Assembly: GCA_036521635.1 (NCBI GenBank)
Contig: DATDHK010000318.1
Span: 1-38,721, forward strand
Direction: 5' to 3'
Source of the DNA: Bryobacteraceae bacterium
GTDB taxonomy: Bacteria > Acidobacteriota > Terriglobia > Bryobacterales > Bryobacteraceae
DNA: 38,721 nucleotides
Under the pieces are notes generated by a model. That model was not told the origin of the DNA. It saw only the letters and a list, made by a program, of their open reading frames with translations, and ran no database searches. The position numbers and the translations under genes were made by a program. This document shows, piece by piece, positions 17,601 through 25,890 of this stretch (its first letter is position 1; each line of letters starts with the position of its first letter).

Positions 17601-19232
17601 ATGCCAGCAGTGCGGATTATATTTTTAATTTTATTTGCCGCGATCGCGGTGGCGCAGGAAGATCACTCGCAGCATCAACACGCGGTTGCCGGACTTGGCG
17701 CCGTTGACTTTCCGACGTCCTGCAATGCGGCGGCGCAAAAATCGATTTCGCGGGCTGCCGCGCTGCTCCATTCGTTTGGGTATGAGGAAGCGCGTGTTGG
17801 GTTCAACGCCGCGGCAAAGGCCGACCCGGACTGCGGCATGGCCTATTGGGGCGTGGCGCGGACCTGGTATCACCCCATATGGGCGCCGCCTTCATCCGAT
17901 GAATTGAAGCAAGGCGCGGCGGCGCTCGACCGGGCGCAAGGCATCCGCGCGAAGACCGGCCGCGAGCGCGACTACATCCACGCGCTCGCGGTGTTCTATA
18001 AGGACTGGCAGACCGTGGACCACGCGACCCGCGCGAAAAACTACGAACATGCGCTGGCGGAGGTCTGCGCTCGCAACCCCACCGACGACGAGGCCGCGAT
18101 CTTCCATGCGCTGCAGCTTGTTGCGATCGGCTATCTCGACCCCACCGATAAGACGTATGCGTGGCAGAAGAAGGGCAGCGATATTCTCAATCAGTTGCTG
18201 CCGCGTCATCGGAACCATCCCGGCGTGGCGCACTACATTATTCACAGCGTCGACTACCCGCCGCTGGCCGAGACGGGTCTCAAAGCGGCGCGCGCGTACG
18301 CGCTGATTGCACCCGATTCGCCGCACGCATTGCACATGCCGTCGCACATCTTCACGCGGCTGGGGCTGTGGGACGATTCCATAACCTCGAACATTACTTC
18401 GGCAAAATCGGCCATCGCGCAGGCGCAACGTCTGCACGGCGGCGGAGGATCGTTCGACCAGCTTCACGCGCTGGATTACCTGGTCTACGCTTACCTGCAA
18501 CAAGCGAAGGACGCGAGCGCTCGAAAAGTGCTGGCGGAGATGGAGGGCCTCACCAGCCTGGACGAAAACCAGTTCGCCGCCGCATATGCATTCGCGGCTT
18601 CGCCGGCCCGCTGGGCGCTGGAGCGGCACGATTGGAAAGCCGCTGCCACGCTGGAGGCCAGGCCGGCATGGTTCCCTTGGAACAAGTTCCGGAACGTGGA
18701 AGCGCTGGTTCATTACGCGAGAGCGATCGGGGCAGCGCGCGCGGGCGATGTGGCCACAGCGCGCCGTTCGGCCGATGAAATCGCGGCTATCCGTAAGGCT
18801 ATGCCGGCAACGCGCGACTACGATTGGAGCGGGTCCATCGGCGCGCAATGGGAAACGGCCACCGCGCTGATTGTGTTGGCTGAGGGAAAAAAGGACGAGG
18901 GTGTCCGGTTGCTGCGTCTGGCCGCGGACCATGAGGATGCGGTGGACAAGCATCCCGTGACGCCGGGGGCGTTGCTTCCCGCGCGCGAGCTGCTGGCCGA
19001 TGTGCTGCTCGAGAACGGAGCGGCGGCGGAGGCTCTGAAGGAATACGAGTCGGTTCTGAAGATCGCGCCGCGGCGCTTCAACGCCACGGCGGGGGCTGCT
19101 AAAGCGGCTGACAAGAGTGGTGATAAGACGAAGGCCCGCGCGTATGCGATGCAGCTTCGAGAGATTGCCCGCAATGCCGAAACGTCGCGGCCGGATTTGG
19201 ATTGGGCCCGCGCTTATCTCGGGCGCAATTGA
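17601..19232 (+). CDS. Secreted helical/TPR-like hypothetical protein
   Basis: 543-aa ORF with signal peptide MPAVRIIFLILFAAIAVAQ. Helical-repeat composition with a TPR-like C-terminus. Coding-like codon usage. Confidence 0.75.
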   Translation: MPAVRIIFLILFAAIAVAQEDHSQHQHAVAGLGAVDFPTSCNAAAQKSISRAAALLHSFGYEEARVGFNAAAKADPDCGMAYWGVARTWYHPIWAPPSSDELKQGAAALDRAQGIRAKTGRERDYIHALAVFYKDWQTVDHATRAKNYEHALAEVCARNPTDDEAAIFHALQLVAIGYLDPTDKTYAWQKKGSDILNQLLPRHRNHPGVAHYIIHSVDYPPLAETGLKAARAYALIAPDSPHALHMPSHIFTRLGLWDDSITSNITSAKSAIAQAQRLHGGGGSFDQLHALDYLVYAYLQQAKDASARKVLAEMEGLTSLDENQFAAAYAFAASPARWALERHDWKAAATLEARPAWFPWNKFRNVEALVHYARAIGAARAGDVATARRSADEIAAIRKAMPATRDYDWSGSIGAQWETATALIVLAEGKKDEGVRLLRLAADHEDAVDKHPVTPGALLPARELLADVLLENGAAAEALKEYESVLKIAPRRFNATAGAAKAADKSGDKTKARAYAMQLREIARNAETSRPDLDWARAYLGRN

Positions 19233-19855
19233 GCGACTTGGATGTTCCTGAACTCGACGCGGGAATGGTGGCCTAACAATCCGATATGTCCGGTGGTTCG
19301 GGCGAGCCCCGGATGCTTCTGCAATACTGCTGGATCTTTGACGTCGTCCAGGTTTGCATCCACGATCACCGTGCCGTTCAGGGTCACCTGGATGTGGCGG
19401 CCGTCGGCTACAATCTCTTCCTGGTTCCACTCGCCGGTCTTTTTCAGGTAGCCGGTCTTGGCGGGAACCACGTCGTAGATTGAGCCGTGGTATTGCGCGG
19501 GCTTCAGTTTTCCGCGATAGACAGGGGCGTCGTGATCCAGGATTTGAATCTCCATGCCGGTGTAGGCTGCGTCGCCTTCGTACGGAGCGCGGATGCCGAT
19601 GCCGTTGTTGCTGGCTTCCTGCAAGCGAAACTCGAAGCGCAAGATGAAGTTCGAATATTCCTTGACGGTGAAGAGATTGCCGCCGCCGTCGGACGGGCAA
19701 ACGATCATGCCGTTTTCCACGATGTAGCCGGGGCCGTATTGGCCGCGGATGGTCCAGCCGGTCAGGTCCTTGCCGTTGAAGATGGGGGTGAAGGCTGGGT
19801 CGTCGGCGGCGAGGCAGGCGAACAGGGCGACGAAGAGAGTGGAGAGGAGCTTCAT
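19214..19855 (-). CDS. DUF1080 (3-keto-disaccharide hydrolase-like) domain protein
   Basis: Trimmed to MKLLSTLFVALFACLAA signal peptide. FTPIFNGKDLTGW...NSGI-like...GHIGLLGHHSRVEFRNIQV is the typical DUF1080 start and end. Confidence 0.75.
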   Translation of the reverse strand: MKLLSTLFVALFACLAADDPAFTPIFNGKDLTGWTIRGQYGPGYIVENGMIVCPSDGGGNLFTVKEYSNFILRFEFRLQEASNNGIGIRAPYEGDAAYTGMEIQILDHDAPVYRGKLKPAQYHGSIYDVVPAKTGYLKKTGEWNQEEIVADGRHIQVTLNGTVIVDANLDDVKDPAVLQKHPGLARTTGHIGLLGHHSRVEFRNIQVAQLRPR

Positions 19856-19929
19856 CGATACAGGATAGGACATTTTTCTAAGGGGTTTACCGCATTGTTG
19901 GTTTAAGCGGAAAACGTTAGGCTGGGATT

Positions 19930-20883
19930 GTGAAACGGATTTTTGCAGCTTGCGTTGTGTTTGCTTGTCTTGCTTTTTCGCAGGACACAAGGGTTATCTC
20001 GCATCGAAGCGTGGATGTGAATGGGCATCGCGTGGCCGATGGTCCTGATGTTGTACAGACCAAGGCGCCGAACAGCTTGGAGTCCACTGAGATCATGCAA
20101 TCGGTGAATGGGCGGGCGGTTCCGCTGGAGCGGCGGGAAGAGCGGGTGTTGCGCGACGATGCATCCGGACGTTTAGTTGAGACGCTGATTCGCACGTATG
20201 ATCAGGCCGGAAATCCGAGCCAACCGGTGAAGCAGGTCCTGGAAGAACAGAAGCGGCCGGATGGAAGTTCGACCAGGCAGGTCGCCACCTACCGGGCCGA
20301 TCTCAACGGCAAGATGCAGCTCATCGAAAAGTCGGTCACGGATGTTCGGAAGAGCGGCTCTTCGGAAACATCAGAAACTTCGTTGCAGCGGCCGGGCGTG
20401 AATGGATCGCTGGAAACGGTGGAGAAGCAGACCACGGTCACGTCTAAACAATCCCCCAGCAGTTATCAAAAGGAAGCCATCACGTATCAGCGGGATGGCA
20501 ATGGAAATTTCGCGCTGGCGGTGAAGCAAGTGGTGGAGCACTCGCAAGACGGGGGCGTGACGACCGATAATGCGGCGCGTTACGAGGTGATCGACGGCCG
20601 GTTACAGTTGCACAGCCAGACGGTTTCGAAAGTTGTGACGCGGCCGGATGGATCGCGCGAGACGGAATTGAATCTCTTCGCGCCGAACACTCTGGGCACG
20701 GTGGATTCGGGTTCGCAAAAGTTGAAGCTGCGGGAACAACAGATTGTCGAGAAGCGGCCTGGGCCGGGCGGATCGGTTGTGGAGACGGTGAGTGTGCGGC
20801 GCCCGAGTTTGACGGATCAGACGGTGCTGGGTCCGGTGAAGCAGATTTCAGAAACGATTTGCCGGGGGAAGTGCGAGAACTGA
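19930..20883 (+). CDS. Secreted hypothetical protein with internal repeats
   Basis: GTG start. Signal peptide MKRIFAACVVFACLAFSQ. Recurrent (N/D)G-x3-L-x4-V-like segments. No family recognised. Confidence 0.65.
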   Translation: MKRIFAACVVFACLAFSQDTRVISHRSVDVNGHRVADGPDVVQTKAPNSLESTEIMQSVNGRAVPLERREERVLRDDASGRLVETLIRTYDQAGNPSQPVKQVLEEQKRPDGSSTRQVATYRADLNGKMQLIEKSVTDVRKSGSSETSETSLQRPGVNGSLETVEKQTTVTSKQSPSSYQKEAITYQRDGNGNFALAVKQVVEHSQDGGVTTDNAARYEVIDGRLQLHSQTVSKVVTRPDGSRETELNLFAPNTLGTVDSGSQKLKLREQQIVEKRPGPGGSVVETVSVRRPSLTDQTVLGPVKQISETICRGKCEN

Positions 20884-20897
20884 TCCTTATAGCAACA

Positions 20898-20939
20898 GCC
20901 GATTTGACAATCGGCGGCAGGTTGCCAACCTGCCCCACA
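20898..20939. repeat. REP-like half element
   Basis: gccgatttgacaatcggcggcaggttgccaacctgccccaca. The TGTGGGG head faces, and lies 10 nt from, the stop of the minus-strand gene at 20950. Confidence 0.8.
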
Positions 20940-20949
20940 AAAATCGGAA

Positions 20950-21135
20950 CTAGCCGTGGCCGAGGCGCATTAGCCAGCCCAGGCCGATCAACGCCGCCAT
21001 GAAATAGGCGAAACAGCGGACGCCGTAACGCAGGCGGTCGGCATCGGTTCGCTTGGTAATTAATCCCAGGACCACCGAAGAAAACAGCGCGAACAGCACC
21101 GCGGCTTCGAAGTGGGAAAGATTCATTTTCGGCAT
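20950..21135 (-). CDS. Small two-TM membrane protein
   Basis: 61 aa: MPKMNLSHFEAAVLFALFSSVVLGLITKR...CFAYFMAALIGLGWLM. Its ATG overlaps the upstream TGA by 1 nt (TGATG). Confidence 0.55.
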   Translation of the reverse strand: MPKMNLSHFEAAVLFALFSSVVLGLITKRTDADRLRYGVRCFAYFMAALIGLGWLMRLGHG

Positions 21136-21542
21136 CAGTCCTTCTTTCCGATGGCGATTTCGTACGCATCCACCATCGCCAGAACGTTGATCAGTCCCGC
21201 GCCAACCAGGAACTTGGTGCCGTAATCGTGCACGTGGCCGGCGATGTCCGGCTGGTTGTAACCGAGCCAGGTGGCCAGCAAGTAGAGCAGCCCCGAAGCC
21301 AGGTCGCCGATAAATCCGCCGCAGTAAATTATGGTGGTGAGAATGTCGCCGGTCTGCGGCTGAAACATAGCCCCGCGCATCATCAATCCCAAGGAAAACA
21401 TGGAGAGCACGGAGACGAGCAGCAATGTGCCGCGGCCGGTACGCTTCAACAGGAAGTGCCCGCCGCCGGGAATCAGCCAGCCGAGCCCTACCGCTGGGGC
21501 CCACGTGCCGATTGACGGAGATTTAGCCTGATCGGTTGCCAT
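21135..21542 (-). CDS. Membrane protein, unknown function
   Basis: 135 aa with about 4 hydrophobic segments (GWLIPGGGHFLLKR...). Coding-like composition. Confidence 0.65.
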   Translation of the reverse strand: MATDQAKSPSIGTWAPAVGLGWLIPGGGHFLLKRTGRGTLLLVSVLSMFSLGLMMRGAMFQPQTGDILTTIIYCGGFIGDLASGLLYLLATWLGYNQPDIAGHVHDYGTKFLVGAGLINVLAMVDAYEIAIGKKD

Positions 21543-21603
21543 TGCTTTCAGTTTAGCAGTCTTCCCAGTTTGCCCGATTGCTCCTATTTGTTATTCCTTA
21601 AAT

Positions 21604-22536
21604 ATGCCTACGCAGAGCCAACTCCTCAACCCCAACTACTATCTGCCGTTGCTCTTCAACGTGGTCCGCATCGCGTTCATTCTGCTTTTCGCATATCTTT
21701 GCGCGATGGCGGTGGGGCGGCTGCTGAAGACGCTGCGGAACTACATCGTCAAGATGATGCTGAAGTCCGGCGGCGAATCGGAGTATGAGCTGGAAAAACG
21801 TGTCCAGACTATCTGTAGCGTCACGCGAAAAGCGTTGTATATCGTGATCTGGACGATCGCCGCGATCATGATTTTGAAGGAGATGAATTTCGACATCCGG
21901 CCGCTGCTGGCGGGCGCGGGAATCGTGGGAGTGGCGGTGGGGTTCGGGGCGCAGAGCATCGTCAAGGATGTGTTGAACGGGATATTTCTGCTGGTGGAGA
22001 ATCAGCTTCGCGTCCACGACGTGGCCATCATCAATGGCAAAAGCGGATTGGTGGAAGAGATCAATTTGCGGACGACGGTGTTGCGGGGCGAAGACGGCGC
22101 GGTGCACATTTTTCCGAACGGTTCCATTCACGAGATTTCAAATCTGACGCGCGAGTTTTCTTATTACGTTTTGAGCGTTTCCGTTTCGTACACCGAAGAC
22201 ACCGATCATGTCATCGCGGTGTTGAAAGAGATCGGCGGCCAGTTGATGCAGGAGGAGCCTTATCATTCGGTCATCCTCGCGCCGCTGGATGTACTGGGGG
22301 TGGATCAGCTCGGGAACGACGCCGTTATTATCAAGGCCCGGTTCAAGACGCTGCCGAGCAAGCAGTGGCTGGTGGGGCGGGAGATGAACCGCAGAATCAA
22401 AAAGCGATTTCAGGAAGCCGAGATTCAGATGCCGTTCCCGGCGCAGAACGTGCAGCTCGCGCCGGAGCTGCGGGACAAGTTGAAACAGGAGATGCTGAAG
22501 GATGCGGAGGGGCCGGCGAAAAGTGAAGCGAAATAG
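21604..22536 (+). CDS. Small-conductance mechanosensitive channel (MscS family)
   Basis: Three N-terminal TM segments, then AGAGIVGVAVGFGAQSIVKDVLNGIFLLVENQLRVHDVAIING (the MscS pore/beta-domain signature). Confidence 0.85.
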   Translation: MPTQSQLLNPNYYLPLLFNVVRIAFILLFAYLCAMAVGRLLKTLRNYIVKMMLKSGGESEYELEKRVQTICSVTRKALYIVIWTIAAIMILKEMNFDIRPLLAGAGIVGVAVGFGAQSIVKDVLNGIFLLVENQLRVHDVAIINGKSGLVEEINLRTTVLRGEDGAVHIFPNGSIHEISNLTREFSYYVLSVSVSYTEDTDHVIAVLKEIGGQLMQEEPYHSVILAPLDVLGVDQLGNDAVIIKARFKTLPSKQWLVGREMNRRIKKRFQEAEIQMPFPAQNVQLAPELRDKLKQEMLKDAEGPAKSEAK

Positions 22537-22767
22537 GACAGGCACGTGCTTTCAACATTAGTTCTCTACGTTGTCCTCCCGCTTCGTTCCTACAAGCACG
22601 TACTGGAGTATGGCTGGAAGCCCAAAACTTTCCGATTCTCCAGCACAGAACGCGCCACCGGACATTTCCCAATAAATTGTGTGACCCCAGAAAGTTCAGG
22701 AGAAACGCTCCGGTAGAGCGGGCCAATTGGACTGGTTTGATCATTTCGGTTCACTGAGTACTCCAAT

Positions 22768-22969
22768 GTGGCGCGCACACTCATGCGTACGCCACTTAGT
22801 TTTCCAATTTCCGCACAAAAAAAGTGGGGCGGGTCCCCCGACCCGCGCCGGGCGCCCTCGCCCGGCTTGTCGAAGTTTCAACGAAATCGGAATTAGCCGG
22901 CCAGGGGGTGCGGACGCGGGCGTCCGCCCCACAAAACTAAGGTGCATTGCGCACTCGTGCGTAGGCCAC
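22768..22969. repeat. Cluster of GC-rich hairpin repeats between convergent genes
   Basis: Direct copies gtggcgcgcacactcatgcgtacgccac (22768-22795) and gtgcattgcgcactcgtgcgtaggccac (22942-22969) flank the inverted gtggggcgg (22824-22832) / ccgccccac (22924-22932). Local stems: gcgggtc/gacccgc, gccgggcg/cgcccggc, gcggacg/cgtccgc. Confidence 0.7.
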
Positions 22970-22977
22970 GATACTTT

Positions 22978-23451
22978 CTAAAACGTGTAGCCGAAGCGGG
23001 CGACTACTGTGCGGGGTTGCAGGAAATGAGTGCCGCTGAAGGTTGATAGGAAGTTGTATAGCGCAACTACGTTGGTCAGGTTCGCGATGTCGATGGACGC
23101 AGTGAAGCGCTTGGTTCCTTCCGAATGGAACAAGTTGTCCGTGCCGATGCCGAGGTTGAGAATATTGCGGGGCTTGACGCGGGCGGGATTGTGATCGTCG
23201 TTCTCATCGCCTTGTGGAAGATTGATCAGCTTGGATGTGACTGCGCCCTTTGTACAGCCGGTGAGCGGATTGGCTAGCGTGGCGAAGGTTCCATTGCAGG
23301 CCAGGCCGATCGTCACTTGCTGGTTGGGCGTGAGGGCCAAGGCAGCGCCGGCGTCGGGCACGCCGCTGACCACCAATCCGCTATCGTAGCGGTACGTCAG
23401 CGCCACCCATTCGGCATTGCGCGGGCGTTGATACCGGAAATTTATGGAGGA
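22978..23451 (-). pseudogene. C-terminal fragment of a TonB-dependent-receptor-like outer-membrane beta-barrel
   Basis: ...NLFHSEGTKRFTASIDIANLTNVVALYNFLSTFSGTHFLQPRTVVARFGYTF* has a beta-strand pattern and a terminal Phe. There is no plug domain, N-terminal barrel or signal peptide. It is fused in frame to unrelated membrane-protein sequence. Confidence 0.55.
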
Positions 23452-24306
23452 CTGAAACGCTTCGGCGATGTTCGAACGCAGGAAGATGACGCGCGTCAAA
23501 AAACTCTGGATGCGATTGCGAATGTAAACGAACAGCGTCAACAGCAGACACGCGGACACGAAAAGCAGGCCGGCCTGAAAGGGATGTTGGAGTTGTTTTG
23601 CGAGCTCGGGAGATTGGACCGCGCGGATTGCGAGCAGCAATGCCGCCGCGGCCAGCTACGCATTTACGATGAATCGCAGAAACGCATCCAAAAGAAGAAA
23701 TCGAAAATCCTGCAACAAAACCAGAAGCGCCAGGGGCAGGCCCGCATGATGCAGTGCAATCTCCTTGGACCACGCCAGCCGGGTGTGTTCCGCGCCGAGA
23801 TGAACAAATGAAATCGCGAACAGAAAAAGCCCCATTGCGCCCGCTAATCGCGATCCGGCGGCGCGGTTCTCCTGGCGTAGTTCGAGAAACACCGAAATTA
23901 TGGTGAGCGCGGCAAAGCCCACCGTGACCAGCAGCAGAGCAGCGTAGTGGAAGCGGGCCGCCTGAGTGAGCAGGTCGACAACGTGCAGCGCCACGGCAAT
24001 CGCGCTCAAGGCGTAGCCGGTCCACCATACCGCACGATGGCGCGATTCGAGAGAGATGTGCAGCAACACCGCCGGCAGCAAACTCAGAACGGAAAAACTT
24101 GCGGCGACGATAATGTCGGCGGCGATTCCGCCGGCCGGTCCGGTTGCCAGCGCCACCATCGAACCGAGATTCCACAACATTGCAAGAGCGGCCGCGAGCA
24201 CCGCCAAGCGGCTGCGGTCGTCCCGCGAACGCAAGCGGTTGATGAGCAGGAAATACAGCAGCATCCCGAAAATCACGACCCCGGCGCTATGGCCGATCGT
24301 GTTCAC
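23452..24306 (-). pseudogene. Multi-pass membrane (sensor-like) protein N-terminal part, interrupted by an in-frame TAG
   Basis: 216-aa ORF (23656-24306) with about 6 TM segments. It ends at a TAG (23656-23658). The same frame continues for about 70 more codons (...LAAAALLLAIRAVQ...FLTRVIFLRSNIAEAFQ) before switching to barrel sequence. Confidence 0.5.
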
Positions 24307-24426
24307 CAGGACCGGTTCATGGATGCTCAGCCAATCCGGGATGCTGGCTTTACGATACCCAATTTACGATATTGTTCGTAGCGCGGCCTTCAGTGTCGCG
24401 CCACGGGGTTCGGTATCAGGATTATG

Positions 24427-25134
24427 CTACGTAGTTTCGTGAAAAACTCTCTTCAGCCAAGGCCCAACAATCCCCCGCCCCTTCGAAGGAAACCGATGCG
24501 GACCCGGAATCAAATGAAACTCAACATCCCGAGCCCTATACCGCAGTTTCTCCGCAAAGGTGTTAGCCACCGCGACCGGATAAATCGGATCCTCATCCCT
24601 GGAAATATGCAGCAACGCCGCGTCGACCGGTTGATATTTGTCCTCCTGCCAATCCCTCGGCACCCCCCCGCAAATCCCAATCACGCCCCCGACCTCCCCA
24701 GGATGCGTGCCAACGAACCGGTAATTCAGCCCCACCGGCTGCGAAAACCCGGCCAACAAACAGCGCGAAGGCCCAACCTGAAAGCGCTCCCGCAGCGCCT
24801 TCAAAACGTCCCGCAGCATCTCATGATGCAGCCGCACAGACGACTCCCAGTGCGGCCGGATGCCCCAGTTGTAGCCGGCCACCGACTGCGCGTTCGGCAG
24901 CCCGTCGGCAACATAGTGCTGGTTAGGCGCCTCCATCGACGCAATGATGTGCCCCTCCCCCACCAGCCCCGCCGTAAGCGGCAGCATCGCCTCCGCGTTC
25001 GAGCTATAGCCGTGCAAGGCGACAACCACTAAGGGCCGCGCCCCGGGATTCTCTGGAATTTGCAACAGATAGCGGCACTCCAGGTGCGAGAGAAAGGTAT
25101 GCTGTTCGGGCATCGTCGTCAATATGCTGAACAT
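24427..25134 (-). CDS. Alpha/beta hydrolase (phospholipase/carboxylesterase-like)
   Basis: PLVVVALHGYSSNAEAM..., LLAGFSQP (GxSxG-type nucleophile elbow) and a C-terminal His region (PGPHRF). Confidence 0.7.
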   Translation of the reverse strand: MFSILTTMPEQHTFLSHLECRYLLQIPENPGARPLVVVALHGYSSNAEAMLPLTAGLVGEGHIIASMEAPNQHYVADGLPNAQSVAGYNWGIRPHWESSVRLHHEMLRDVLKALRERFQVGPSRCLLAGFSQPVGLNYRFVGTHPGEVGGVIGICGGVPRDWQEDKYQPVDAALLHISRDEDPIYPVAVANTFAEKLRYRARDVEFHLIPGPHRFPSKGRGIVGPWLKRVFHETT

Positions 25135-25249
25135 TCATAATAATCCGTCGCGATCTGTCGATAAGACGCATAGGGTGCTGGTGCGCCCGCCAGGCTCGAC
25201 TTGCGCAGTGATGAAACGGGTTTGGCGCGGTACCAAGATCCTAATATAT

Positions 25250-25636
25250 ATGGATGCCGATCTATCGAATCGAGAATATTCCGTCGAAGAACAACTGCGG
25301 CAATTGGACGAATCCATCGCGCTAACCCGCGTCGGCGGCGATGCGGAGTTGCTGTGCGAAGTAATCGGTCTTTTCCTGGACGACTATCCGCATTCGCTCG
25401 AAAAGATACGCGCAGCCGTCAACGCCGGCGACTCCTCGGCCGTCGAGCAGCATGCCCATAGCCTGAAAGGATCGGTCTCCATCTTCGGCGCCAAGGAAGC
25501 CCTGGAAGCCGCCTTCTCTCTCGAGAAACAGGGCCGCAGCGGCAACTTGACCGAAGCCCCCGACGGCCTGAAAAGGCTGGAGCAAGCACTGGCGGATCTG
25601 AAGCCGGAACTGGAAGCGATTCAGGCGAGGAAGTAG
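25250..25636 (+). CDS. Hpt (histidine phosphotransfer) domain protein, stand-alone
   Basis: Trimmed to ATG 25250. ...EQHAHSLKGSVSIFGA is the HxxKG phosphotransfer motif in a four-helix-bundle-like sequence. Confidence 0.75.
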   Translation: MDADLSNREYSVEEQLRQLDESIALTRVGGDAELLCEVIGLFLDDYPHSLEKIRAAVNAGDSSAVEQHAHSLKGSVSIFGAKEALEAAFSLEKQGRSGNLTEAPDGLKRLEQALADLKPELEAIQARK

Positions 25637-25642
25637 ACGGGG

Positions 25643-25680
25643 AAGGAACACGGGGAACACAAGGAACACGGGGAACACGA
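25643..25680 (-). repeat. 9-nt tandem repeat array, 4 units, opposite orientation
   Basis: ggaacac at 25645, 25654, 25663 and 25672 (the complement of GTGTTCC). Starts 7 nt after the Hpt stop. Confidence 0.85.
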
Positions 25681-25756
25681 GCGGTAATCGTGATCGCTGG
25701 ACGACCTTTGTATTCGTCAGATGGAATACAAGGACCCTCGCAGGTCAAAGCTGAAG

Positions 25757-25829
25757 GTATTCCTCGTATTCCCAGGTATCCTAGTAATTCTCGGTGTTCT
25801 CGGTGTTCCCCGTGTTCCTCGTGTTCCTT
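25757..25829 (+). repeat. 9-nt tandem repeat array, about 8 units (5' units degenerate)
   Basis: gtattcctc gtattccca ... gtgttctcg gtgttcccc gtgttcctc gtgttcctt. Inverted relative to 25643-25680. Confidence 0.8.
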
Positions 25830-25890
25830 CCCCCCATCCCAACCAGCGCTCCACACTCCATCTGCTATAGTGTGAAAGTCTGCTTTCCCT

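Noticed and set aside
23656-23658. In-frame TAG as a recoding signal (pyrrolysine or programmed read-through).
   Set aside because: No pyl genes or PYLIS-like context are visible, and the downstream frame ends in an unrelated barrel fragment. A nonsense mutation in a decaying gene is the simpler explanation.
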